This document shows, in pieces, positions 49,196-58,012 of a DNA stretch of 64,000 bases (position 1 is its first letter; every line of letters begins with the position of its first letter). This DNA comes from Polyangia bacterium. Its GTDB lineage: Bacteria; Myxococcota_A; Polyangia; Fen-1088. The stretch lies in contig DASRQZ010000059.1 in the NCBI GenBank assembly GCA_035696125.1, positions 3,340 to 67,339 of the forward strand, in the 5' to 3' direction. Under the pieces are notes generated by a model. That model was not told the origin of the DNA. It did no database searches and saw only the letters and a list, made by a program, of their open reading frames with translations. Position numbers and translations under genes: made by a program.

Positions 49196-51517
49196 TCAGT
49201 CGATCCAGCCGCCGCCCAGCACCGCGTCCCCGTCGTAGAACACCGCCGCCTGCCCGGGCGCGACCCCATGCGCGGGCACGTCCAGCTCGACGGTGAATGC
49301 GGCCGGCGCGCCGCCACCCTCGGGCGGAGCGACCCAGGCCGGCACCGCCGCCGAGTGGTGGCGGATCTGCACCGCGCAGCGCAGGGGCCAGGCGCCGGCC
49401 GGGCGTTCGCGCAGCCAGCGCACGTCGGAGACCCGCAGCGCCGAACGCGCCAGGCTGTCGCGCGGCCCGACCACCACCTGGCCGCTGGCGGCGTCGATGC
49501 GCACCACGAAGCGGCGCTCGCCGCTGGTTGTGGCTGGCACGCCGCGCCGCTGCCCGACGGTGAAGTGGTGGGTGCCCTGGTGCCCAGCCAGGGTCGCCCC
49601 GGCCTGGTCGACGATCGCGCCCGGCCGGCCGGCGCCGCCATGGGCTTCGACGAAGCCGCGGTGGTCGCCGTCGGGGATGAAACAGATCTGCTGCGAGTCC
49701 GGCTTGTCGGCGCTGGCGAGCCCGGCGCGGCGCGCGATGGCGCGCACCTCGGCCTTGGTCATGTCACCGAGCGGAAAGCGGACCTTGGCGAAGGTTTCGG
49801 GCCGCACGCCGAACAGGAAGTAGGACTGATCCTTGTCGCGGTCGACGGCGCGCAGCAGGCGCGGGACGATCTCGACCGCGCCGGCCGGGGCGCCGCCGGC
49901 CGCGTCGTCGCCGCCGGCGACCAGGCGCGCGTAGTGACCGGTGGCCAGCGCGTCGGCGCCGATGGCCTCGGCGAAGCGCACCAGCGGGGCAAACTTGAGC
50001 TTCTCGTTGCAGCGCACGCAGGGGTTGGGCGTGCGCCCCACCCGATGCGCCTGCACGAAGTCATCGATGACCGCGCGGCGAAAGCTCTCGGTCTCGTTGA
50101 TGACGTAGTGAGGGATGCCGAGCTCGGCCGCCGTGGCGCGCGCGTCCTCGATGTCGCGCGGCCCACAACAGCGGCCGCCGATGCTGGCCGCCGTACCCGA
50201 CGCGTCGTACAGCTTGAGGGTCACGCCGACCACCTCGGCGCCCGACTCGACCAACAGGGCGGCTGCCGTCGAGGAGTCGACGCCGCCCGACATGGCGACG
50301 GCGATGCGCGGCCGGCGCGCCGAGGTCGCCAGTGGCGCGCAGGCGGCCGGGGCTTCCCCGCGGACGCGCGCCACCACGCCCGGCAGCAGGTCGAGCAATC
50401 GGTCGATCTCGGATCCGGTAGTCGTGCGCCCGAGGGCCAGGCGCACGCCCTGGGCGGCGCGCTCGGCGGGCAGCCCGAGCGCGCGCAGCACCGGCGACGG
50501 CTCGAGCGAGCCCGAGCTGCAGGCCGCGCCGGTCGCCACGCAGATCCCCTCGAGGTCGAGACCGATCGCCACCCACTGCCCGACCGCCCCGCCGAACCCG
50601 ACGTTGATCGTGCCCGGGAGGCGCCGCTCGGCGACCGGGTCGCCGTGGATTCTCATCTCCGGGATCGTGCGCAGCCCGCGCTCGAGGCGCGCGCGCAGGC
50701 CACGCACCCGCGCCTCGGTGTCGGCCAGCTCGGCGCGCGCCAGCCGCGCCGCGACGCCGAAGCCGACGATGCCGGCCAGATTCTCGGTGCCGGGCCGTCG
50801 CTCGCGCTCCTGGTGCCCGCCGGCCAGCAGCGGGTCGAGGTCTATGCCACGCCGCACGTACAGCGCGCCCGCCCCCGGCGGCCCTTCGATCTTGTGGGCC
50901 GACAAGGTGGCGGCGTCGACGTCGAGCGCATGCACGTCCAGCGCGACCCGCCCCGCCGCCGCGACCGCGTCGGTGTGGAAGAGCGCGCCGGCGGCGCGCG
51001 CCAGCGCCGCCAGCTCGGCGATCGGGTAGAGGTTGCCGATCTCGTGGTTCGCGGCCGCCAGGCTGACCAGCAGAGTGTCGGGGCGCAGCGCCGCGCGCAG
51101 ATCGCCGAGATCGATCCGACCGTGACCGTCGACCGGCAGCCAGGTCACCGCGAATCCGTCGCGCTCCAGCGCCTGCAGCGCGCCACGCACCGCCGGGTGC
51201 TCGAGCGGCGACGAGATCAGGTGCCCGCCGCCCGCCAGCCGCCGGCGCGCGCGCGCCGACGTCGCCAGGCCCCGGATCGCCAGGTGGTCGCCCTCGGTGC
51301 CGCCCGACGTGAAGATGATCTCTTCAGGCAACGCCCCGATCAGGCCCGCGACCTGGCCCCGTGCCTCCTCGACCGCGGCGCGAGCGCGCCGGCCCGCCGC
51401 GTGCGTGCTGGAGGGGTTGCCATGCAGCTCGGCCAGAGCGACCTGCATGGCCGCTCGCACCTCGGGCCGCACCGGCGAGGTGGCGGCGTGGTCCAGGTAG
51501 ATCTCCGGGTGGTTCAC
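49196..51517 (-). CDS. Fusion protein: class V cysteine desulfurase (IscS/NifS-like) N-terminal half plus tRNA 2-thiouridine(34) synthase MnmA C-terminal half
   Basis: The N-terminal half has HAATSP, the PLP lysine in SAHKIEGP and the catalytic Cys in ATGAACSSG. The C-terminal half has the PP-loop SGGVDSS and the Cys in CVRCNEKLKF. A single ORF of 773 aa covers both. Confidence 0.8.
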   Translation of the reverse strand: MNHPEIYLDHAATSPVRPEVRAAMQVALAELHGNPSSTHAAGRRARAAVEEARGQVAGLIGALPEEIIFTSGGTEGDHLAIRGLATSARARRRLAGGGHLISSPLEHPAVRGALQALERDGFAVTWLPVDGHGRIDLGDLRAALRPDTLLVSLAAANHEIGNLYPIAELAALARAAGALFHTDAVAAAGRVALDVHALDVDAATLSAHKIEGPPGAGALYVRRGIDLDPLLAGGHQERERRPGTENLAGIVGFGVAARLARAELADTEARVRGLRARLERGLRTIPEMRIHGDPVAERRLPGTINVGFGGAVGQWVAIGLDLEGICVATGAACSSGSLEPSPVLRALGLPAERAAQGVRLALGRTTTGSEIDRLLDLLPGVVARVRGEAPAACAPLATSARRPRIAVAMSGGVDSSTAAALLVESGAEVVGVTLKLYDASGTAASIGGRCCGPRDIEDARATAAELGIPHYVINETESFRRAVIDDFVQAHRVGRTPNPCVRCNEKLKFAPLVRFAEAIGADALATGHYARLVAGGDDAAGGAPAGAVEIVPRLLRAVDRDKDQSYFLFGVRPETFAKVRFPLGDMTKAEVRAIARRAGLASADKPDSQQICFIPDGDHRGFVEAHGGAGRPGAIVDQAGATLAGHQGTHHFTVGQRRGVPATTSGERRFVVRIDAASGQVVVGPRDSLARSALRVSDVRWLRERPAGAWPLRCAVQIRHHSAAVPAWVAPPEGGGAPAAFTVELDVPAHGVAPGQAAVFYDGDAVLGGGWID

Positions 51518-51530
51518 GGGCGGAATCTAC

Positions 51531-51893
51531 CCTGGATTGGCGCGCGGGCCTCGCGTCTCGCAAGGCCTACCCTCTCCCCGGCCCTCTCCCGCGGACGGGC
51601 GAGGGTGACTGGTTCTTGAGCGGGATCTCTCCGCAAGGTCTGCCCTCTCCCCGGCCCTCTCCCGCGGACGGCGCGGACGGGCGAGGGTGACTGGTTCTTG
51701 AGCCTCGCGGTGGTTCTGCGCCTCCGCCTTCCGGGCCTCCCTCCCCCGATTCCGGCGCCCCCACGGACGGTGCATCGAGGGAGGGAGGTCCGTGGAGCAG
51801 AACCGCTGAACCACCGCCCCGTTAAAAGACGCGGCACCCTCGCCCGTCCGCGGGAGAGGGCCGGGGAGAGGGCAAGCCTTGCGAGACGCGACG
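51531..51893. repeat. Dense cluster of REP-like palindromic units in both orientations (CTCGCAAGGCCTGCC...CCCGCGGACGGGCGAGGGTGAC family)
   Basis: Read directly from the sequence. At least five units lie in a 360-nt intergenic region. Confidence 0.7.
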
Positions 51894-52496
51894 CTACGTC
51901 TTTGGCGTCAGCGTGAGCCTCTGCTCGATCGTGACCGCGGTACCGGTGAAGGTCGGGAACTTCCAGCGCAGCACCGTGGTCTTGAAGCACTGGGTGAGAT
52001 CCTTGTCGACGCTGGGATTGACGTCGACCATCTCGACCTGCCCGCTCGGCTTGACCGTGATGCCCAGAGTGACGCCCAGCCCGGCCTTGTACTGGAGGGA
52101 GGCGTTCTTCTTCAGCGCGCGCTCGTAGCATTGCTGCATGGCCGAGGCGCCCTGCATGACGATGCGGCTCGCCTCCTTTGGGTTCAGCGTCGGCGTGATG
52201 TCCCCTTCGCCGGTGGGCGCTGGGCGATTCTGGCGGCTGGCGACCAGCTGGATGATGTCCGGATCGGTGAGCACCACCTTCGACGGTTCGGCCAACGCCT
52301 GGGCGAGCTGCTTCTTGAGCGCGCCGATCTGATCCTTGGCCTGGGTGAGGTCCTTTTGACAGGACAGGACCTTGTTGTTTGCTTCCATGAGGCGCGCGGT
52401 CAGCCCGTCGTCCTCCTTGGTGCAGGCTGAGCCGAAGCTCCCGAGCGCGAACAACGTCAAGGCGATGGATCGGGAGGCGATCGGCATAATGACCAT
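51894..52496 (-). CDS. Hypothetical lipoprotein with a coiled-coil and a C-terminal TonB-C/AgmX-like domain
   Basis: The signal is MVIMPIASRSIALTLFALGSFGSAC. The codon usage is Lys-rich and lower in GC. The C-terminal domain is loosely TonB_C-like. Confidence 0.5.
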   Translation of the reverse strand: MVIMPIASRSIALTLFALGSFGSACTKEDDGLTARLMEANNKVLSCQKDLTQAKDQIGALKKQLAQALAEPSKVVLTDPDIIQLVASRQNRPAPTGEGDITPTLNPKEASRIVMQGASAMQQCYERALKKNASLQYKAGLGVTLGITVKPSGQVEMVDVNPSVDKDLTQCFKTTVLRWKFPTFTGTAVTIEQRLTLTPKT

Positions 52497-52578
52497 TGAT
52501 TGTGGCGATTTCTCCTCGGCGCGCAAGCAGGAATTTCGCGCTGTTCCAATCGCCTCCGAGACGTTGGGCGATGGGGGC

Positions 52579-53019
52579 TCAAGGATCCCTGGCCGGCGGC
52601 CGATTGAGAAACGGACGTACGACCATGCCACCGACCAGGTGGCGTTCGACGACTTTCTCCAGATCCGAGATGGTCATCCGGTTGTACAAGACCGCCGAAG
52701 CGGTCAGAGACTCCGGGCCGTACACGCGCCGGCCGCTGGCCTCGTCGGTGTCGTAGACCAGCACGTTGGGGCCGCGCAGGCAATGCCCGAAGCAAGTCTC
52801 CTCGAGGACCGACACCTGCGCCTCGAGACCGCGCAGGCTCACCATCTCGTGCAGCCGCGCGGTCAGCGCCGCCGACCCGCGCGCCTCGCCGCAGGTCGGG
52901 CCGCGACAGACCATCACCGTGAACCGGCGCAGCCGGACCGGAGCGCCGGCAACGCCGCCGCCCCCGCGGCCGTCGTCACTGCCTCCGCTGCCGTCGCCAT
53001 CGCCATCGCCGCCGCTCAT
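52579..53019 (-). CDS. Thioredoxin-like [2Fe-2S] ferredoxin
   Basis: The cluster cysteines are MVCRGPTCGEARG...EETCFGHCLRGPNVLVYD (C-x4-C...C-x3-C). The ATG overlaps the upstream stop (ATGA). A GD-rich N-terminal tail is present. Confidence 0.7.
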   Translation of the reverse strand: MSGGDGDGDGSGGSDDGRGGGGVAGAPVRLRRFTVMVCRGPTCGEARGSAALTARLHEMVSLRGLEAQVSVLEETCFGHCLRGPNVLVYDTDEASGRRVYGPESLTASAVLYNRMTISDLEKVVERHLVGGMVVRPFLNRPPARDP

Positions 53020-54816
53020 GGCGGCGCCATCGTCGCGCGCGGCGGCGCCGCGGCCAGCGCACGCTGCAGGTGGCGCCGCAGAGGCTCCACGGTGCGCGGC
53101 TCTTCCGACACGAACAGCAGGAGCTGGCGTTCCCCCGGCCCGCCCAGCGCGAGCAGCGCACCCGCGACCGCGATCAGGGCTGTCGGATCGGCGTCGTAGA
53201 ACGGCTCGCCCCGGTACATGCACAGGAAGTCGCGCAGGACCGGCAGCGCCTCCGCTGCGCCGGCCGCCGTCACCGCCTGGCTGATCTCGATGATGGTCTC
53301 GGGCGCGGTCTCGGGCCGTAGCAGGTGCTGGGCCAGCGCCGCCGCCACCGGCTTCGAGCGGGTTCCTGCGGTGGCGCGCGCGATGGCGGACACGCTGGTC
53401 GGGTGGGTGTCGTCGGCAAAGTCGGCGCGCTGGCGCAACGCCTCGACCAGCAAGTCGCTCGAGGCCTCGTCGCGCCGCGTGGCCAGCGCCTGCTCGGCCT
53501 TCTTGCGCGCGGGCGCGGCCAGCGCCGGGGTCTGCACCGCCTTGAGCAGATCGGCGGTCACGGCGCGCCCGGGCAGCTTGCCCAGCTCCTCGACGGCGTA
53601 GGCGGCCAGCTCGTCGGAGAAGCGGCGATCGCTGTCCCAGACGATGCCGGCCAGCGTGGTCGCGAGCGCCGCGCCCGGTCCGGCGCTCGCGCCGGTGAAC
53701 CCGTCGGCGTCGAAGGTCGCGCCGCGCACCATCGACGCGCCCGGCACGCGCACGCGGTAGCGCGGCTGGCCCGAGGCCGCGTCGAGCGCGCCGATCTCGC
53801 CGTCGGCGGTGGCGAACACCAGCGTCGGCCCGGCGTGCTGCGCGACCACCGCGTCGGCCGTCTTCTCGGCGTGTGCCCAGCGCAGCAACCCCGAGGCGGC
53901 GTCGATCGCGAACAGGAAGCGGAAGTCGTGCACGAACACCAGACCATCGCGGAACGCCATGTGGCGCGGGTCGCCGTCGGCGGCCGCTCGCCACTGCACG
54001 CGGTTGCGGTCGATGGCCGAGTAATCCCCTTGCTCCGGGCGATACATGTCACGGCCGTAGATCGCGCGCGCGAAGCGCGGCAGCTTGGCCGAGGCGTAAC
54101 CCGGCGAGCGGCGCGAGGCCTTGGCGGTGTCGGCCGACGCGCGGAACACCCCCTTCGATCCGAAGAAGATTCCCTCGGGGGCGGTGCGCACGAAGCTGGC
54201 GGCCTCCTCGATGGACAGGATGCGCGCGAGCTCGGCGCCGCTGTCGCCGTCGTGGAGGATCAGGTACTGGGTGGCGACCGGCACGGCCACCACCCCGCCC
54301 CGCGCCGGTGCGAGCGTCGAGGGCGACCAGCGCGCCGCTGCCGTGGCTGCCGGTGTCGCTGAAGGCACGCGCCACGAAATACGCGACGTCGCCGTCGAGG
54401 CAGTAGCCGATGAGGCGCTGGTCGCCGGGGATCTCCTGGCGCCAGAGCACGGCGCCGCTGTCGCCGGCACGCCCGATCAGCACCGCGCCGCCACCGGGGC
54501 CCTTGGCGGCGTGCACAATCGCCGTGCGGCCGACCTCGATGCGTCCGGTCGCCTCACCGGCCTGCTGCCACACCAGCGCCGAGCGCGCGAGGTCGTAGGC
54601 GGCGATGCTTGGCCCGGCTTGCCCGCGATAGACCAGATAGGCCATCGCGTGCCCCGAGGCATTGACCGGTGCGTCGCCCGCCGGCCGCAGGCGCGCCAGC
54701 GCCGCGCCCACCTCGGCGGCGTCACCGGCGCCACGCGCGGCCTGGGTGGCGCAGCCCAGCGCCGACAGCAGCACCACCGCCGCCGTGACCGCTGAGACCG
54801 CGCGCGCCGGCTTCAT
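53016..54816 (-). pseudogene. Lipoprotein with a PQQ-like beta-propeller (BamB-like) and C-terminal HEAT-like repeats, interrupted by a 1-nt frameshift in a G-run near 54297-54305
   Basis: The lipobox start is MKPARAVSAVTAAVVLLSALGC. PQQ-like repeats (ALVWQQ, AVLWRQE, GLLRWAH, GEIGALDAASGQ) run on across a frame change inside GCGGGGCGGGGTGGTGG. It may be a sequencing error or a genuine frameshift. Confidence 0.5.
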
Positions 54817-55595
54817 CGGTCGGCCCCGCGCTCGTCGAGCAGACGCTCGGCCTCGCGCTTCGACGCGCGCGCGTCGCTCGGCGGGATGGAGGCCAGGTAG
54901 TCGGCCAGCGCGGCGGTCGCGTCAACGCCGTGAAGCTTGGCGATGGTGCGCAACGGTTCGATGCGCGTGCCGTCGGAGATATCGGCGCGCTTGACGTAGG
55001 CGCCGAGCGCAACCGCCAGCACGTCCTCCTTGACGGCACCTTGCATGGCGCACAGCTCGGCCAACGCTTCCGGGGTGGCCAGGCGGCCGGCGGGCGCGGC
55101 GGCGCCCGCGTCGCCTCGGCGCACCAGCCGCACCAGACGCGGCACCGCCCGCGCCTCCTTGCGCGCCGCCAGCGCCTCGGCGGCGGCGGCGCGGACGTCG
55201 GGGTTGTCATCGCCCAGGCGCTCGATGAGCGGCGGAATCGCGCGCGCATCGGCGGCGGCGCCCAGCGCGACCACCGCCTCGCGTCGAATCTCGGGACGCC
55301 GGTGGCCGGCGTAGAGCGCAAGCAATTCCAGGACGCGCGGGTCGCTGGTCTTTTCACCTGCGCTGATCTTGGCCAGCGCGCCCAGCGCCGCCACGGTGCG
55401 GTCGGCCGAGGAGCCGGCGGCCAGCAACTGCGCCAGCAGGTCGACCACCTCGGCATTGGCGGCGGCAGCGTTGGCGGCCACGCCCGCGCGGGCACGCGGC
55501 GCCGCGCCTGCCGGTGCGGCGCCCGCGACCAGCACGGCCGCCATGGCCGACCAGACCAGCGCGCCCCCGAGCGCGCTTCCGCCGACGCTACCCAT
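54813..55595 (-). CDS. HEAT/PBS-lyase-like repeat protein with an N-terminal signal peptide
   Basis: The HEAT-like repeats are DPRVLELLALYAGHRRPEIRREAVVALGAAADARAIPPLIERLGDDNPDVRAAAAEALA. The stop overlaps the next gene's ATG (ATGA). Confidence 0.6.
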   Translation of the reverse strand: MGSVGGSALGGALVWSAMAAVLVAGAAPAGAAPRARAGVAANAAAANAEVVDLLAQLLAAGSSADRTVAALGALAKISAGEKTSDPRVLELLALYAGHRRPEIRREAVVALGAAADARAIPPLIERLGDDNPDVRAAAAEALAARKEARAVPRLVRLVRRGDAGAAAPAGRLATPEALAELCAMQGAVKEDVLAVALGAYVKRADISDGTRIEPLRTIAKLHGVDATAALADYLASIPPSDARASKREAERLLDERGADR

Positions 55596-55639
55596 GCGGA
55601 GGTCCGGAGCCCGAGTCCTCACCAGCTCGGGCCCCCCGA

Positions 55640-56200
55640 TCACTTTCCCTTGGCTTCGGAGTCGGAGAACTCGACCTTGCCGCTGTAGTTGGCGCCCTTG
55701 CCGAGCAGCCAGAACTGGGTCTGCGCGATGATCCGCTGGCGCGACTCGACGGTCATCAGGTAGTGCTTGCGTACGTCGAACTCGGGCTTGGCCAACTGGA
55801 TGCTGGCGCCGAAGACCCGCGACCCCTTCTCGCGCGTGTACTGCGGATCGCTGGCGACGTAGCGCTTGTCGCCGCCGGTGATGTCGTAGAACTTGACCTG
55901 GATCTCGCTGTCGTTGAGCGGCTGGGCGAAGAACGCCACGTATTCGATGTCCCAGGTTCCTTGCTCGGGGCCCTTCTCCTCGGTCGGCCAGATCTTGTCG
56001 GTCTTGTTCTTCTGCAGGGCGGCCACGAACGCGCCCGCCGACGAGAACCGCATGGGCAGCCGGTTCTTGGTGATGATGATCTTGCCCTTGAAGACGTCCT
56101 CCGGCTTGGCTGCTACCGCCGCCCGATCCCCGACCAACCAGCCTCCGAACAAGGAAAACAACACGACCGTGGCGAGGAACCTTCTCTTGCTCATGAACAC
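55640..56200 (-). CDS. Hypothetical Lys-rich secreted protein (186 aa)
   Basis: The signal is MFMSKRRFLATVVLFSLFGGWLVG. AGGGAG precedes the ATG as an RBS. The composition is non-biased and lower in GC than the flanks. Confidence 0.6.
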   Translation of the reverse strand: MFMSKRRFLATVVLFSLFGGWLVGDRAAVAAKPEDVFKGKIIITKNRLPMRFSSAGAFVAALQKNKTDKIWPTEEKGPEQGTWDIEYVAFFAQPLNDSEIQVKFYDITGGDKRYVASDPQYTREKGSRVFGASIQLAKPEFDVRKHYLMTVESRQRIIAQTQFWLLGKGANYSGKVEFSDSEAKGK

Positions 56201-56317
56201 TCCCTGACAACGCGTTGCAAATGCATGGGTGATGGCGGCGCGAGAACGACGTGGACTCGATTCATCCTGGAACCAAGGCAGATTCGATCGAGTCTAAGCC
56301 AACCCGTGGGGAGGCTG

Positions 56318-57451
56318 TCAGCGCTTTTTTTTCGCGCCCTCCCGGCCGGCGTCCTTGCTCGGATCTTTCATCGACTCTTTCGTCGACTCTTTCATCGACT
56401 CTTTCATCGACTCTCTCGTCGACTGCTGGCTGGCGGCCCTGGTCGGGACCTTGGTAGGTTCTTCCGCCGACTGGTTCACCGTGCCCCCACTTGTCCCACC
56501 CGTCGCACCGCGCGCGCGGAACAGCGACTCGAGACGGCCCACCGTGGCCGGCTCCAGCGCGGACTTCTCCTGCGCCAGGCGCAGCACGTCGCGGCCTATC
56601 AGGCGGTACAGGTCCAGCATCTCCGGTGCGCGGGCCTCCAGGATGCGCAGATGCTGCTCGACCGAGGACACGTCGCCGCGCTCGACCGGGCCAGTCAGCG
56701 CGCCTGGCAGGCCGACCTGGGACAGGTTCTGCACCACGCTGGACAGCAGCGGAATCAGCGCCGGTAGCGCCTGATCCTCGGGGACGCCGGCTTTGACCAG
56801 CAGCCGGCGCGCCATGTCGGCCAGGGCCACGACGTAGTTGGCGGCGATGACCGCGCCCACGTGATAAAGCGGCAGATTCTCGGCATCCAGGAAGACGGCC
56901 CTGGCGCCCAGCGACCGCACGAGGCGCGTGGCCACCGCTCTGGCCGGCTCGTCGCCCTCGATCCCGAAGGCGACCGACTTCAGCTCCTCGACCGCGACGC
57001 GGGCGTCGGCGAACGAGACCAGGGGATGCAGGGTGCCCACGGCGCGCACGTGCGGGCGCGCGACGGCCAGCGCCTGCGCCGCGGCGATGGCGCCCGAGGT
57101 GTGCAGCACCACCTGCTCCTTGCGCAGCCGCTTCTCGCGCACCAGGCGCGCGGCGACCTCGGGGATGCGCTCGTCCCGCACCGAGATGATGACGACGTCC
57201 GACTCCGACAGGATCGGCGGAATCTCGCCGGTGCTGGCCAGCACGCCCGAGACGGCGCCAGCCGCGTCCGACAGGTCGTGCTTGCGACCGTGCAGGCCGG
57301 CGACCGGGACTCCGGCGCGCACCAGGCGCGCGGCCAGCGCGGTGCCGACCACGCCGGCGCCCACGATGAACACCACCGGGGTCGGCTCGGCCGGACCCTC
57401 GGCGGAAGCGCGGGCGTTGACCTCGATCTCGGACATCTCATTCGTGATCAT
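56318..57451 (-). CDS. Rossmann-fold NAD(P)-binding / DUF2520-type predicted oxidoreductase with a C-terminal KESM low-complexity tail
   Basis: The dinucleotide-binding motif is VVFIVGAGVVGTALAARL. The C-terminal tail ESMKESMKESTKESMKD is encoded by a 15-bp tandem repeat at ~56370-56430. The gene overlaps nadD by 4 nt. Confidence 0.7.
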   Translation of the reverse strand: MITNEMSEIEVNARASAEGPAEPTPVVFIVGAGVVGTALAARLVRAGVPVAGLHGRKHDLSDAAGAVSGVLASTGEIPPILSESDVVIISVRDERIPEVAARLVREKRLRKEQVVLHTSGAIAAAQALAVARPHVRAVGTLHPLVSFADARVAVEELKSVAFGIEGDEPARAVATRLVRSLGARAVFLDAENLPLYHVGAVIAANYVVALADMARRLLVKAGVPEDQALPALIPLLSSVVQNLSQVGLPGALTGPVERGDVSSVEQHLRILEARAPEMLDLYRLIGRDVLRLAQEKSALEPATVGRLESLFRARGATGGTSGGTVNQSAEEPTKVPTRAASQQSTRESMKESMKESTKESMKDPSKDAGREGAKKKR

Positions 57452-58005
57452 CCTGGCTCCCGGGCCCCGAACAGGCCGCGCGCGTATATGTAATCGACAA
57501 TGGCCCGCGACACGAGGCCGGAGACCGGTTTCCCCGCGGCCAGCGCCCGCCGGATCTCCGTCGAGCTGATCGCCGGCATCTGGATCCCGTGCGGCGATCC
57601 CGCGGCGCCGCTGCGGCCGATCACGATGAAAGGCACCTCGCGCCGCAGCTCCGCGGCGCCGTACCAGCTATCGACCTCGGGCAAGAGGTCGGCGCCGATC
57701 ATCACCGCGAACCGGTGCTCCGGGTGGCGCGCTTCCAGCGCGCGCACCGTGCGCAGCGTACGGCTTTCGTCGCCCAGGGCCTGTTCGATGTCGCTGACGC
57801 GCGCCCGATTGCCCAGCGCGCGCGCCGCGAGCTCGCACATACGGTAACGGTCCTCGAAGGGCAGCAAGGCTTTCTCGAACGGGTGCTTGAAGCAGGGCAC
57901 GAACCACAGCTCGTCGACCTCGGCGGTCTCGAGGGCGTAAAGCGCGGCCAGCTCGTGTCCGAGGTGGGGGGGATTGAAGCTCCCGCCGAACAGAGCCACG
58001 CGCAT
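57448..58005 (-). CDS. nadD: Nicotinate-nucleotide adenylyltransferase
   Basis: GGSFNPPHLGH is the signature motif. Confidence 0.85.
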   Translation of the reverse strand: MRVALFGGSFNPPHLGHELAALYALETAEVDELWFVPCFKHPFEKALLPFEDRYRMCELAARALGNRARVSDIEQALGDESRTLRTVRALEARHPEHRFAVMIGADLLPEVDSWYGAAELRREVPFIVIGRSGAAGSPHGIQMPAISSTEIRRALAAGKPVSGLVSRAIVDYIYARGLFGAREPG

Positions 58006-58012
58006 CAGTCAC

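Noticed and set aside
52579-53994. 471-aa ORF spanning the ferredoxin gene and the 3' half of the PQQ/HEAT gene
   Set aside because: Only its last 146 codons (the ferredoxin) are non-biased. The rest is Arg/Gly-rich antisense-type noise out of frame with the HEAT-repeat gene. It was trimmed to 52579-53019, where an ATGA coupling site supplies the start.
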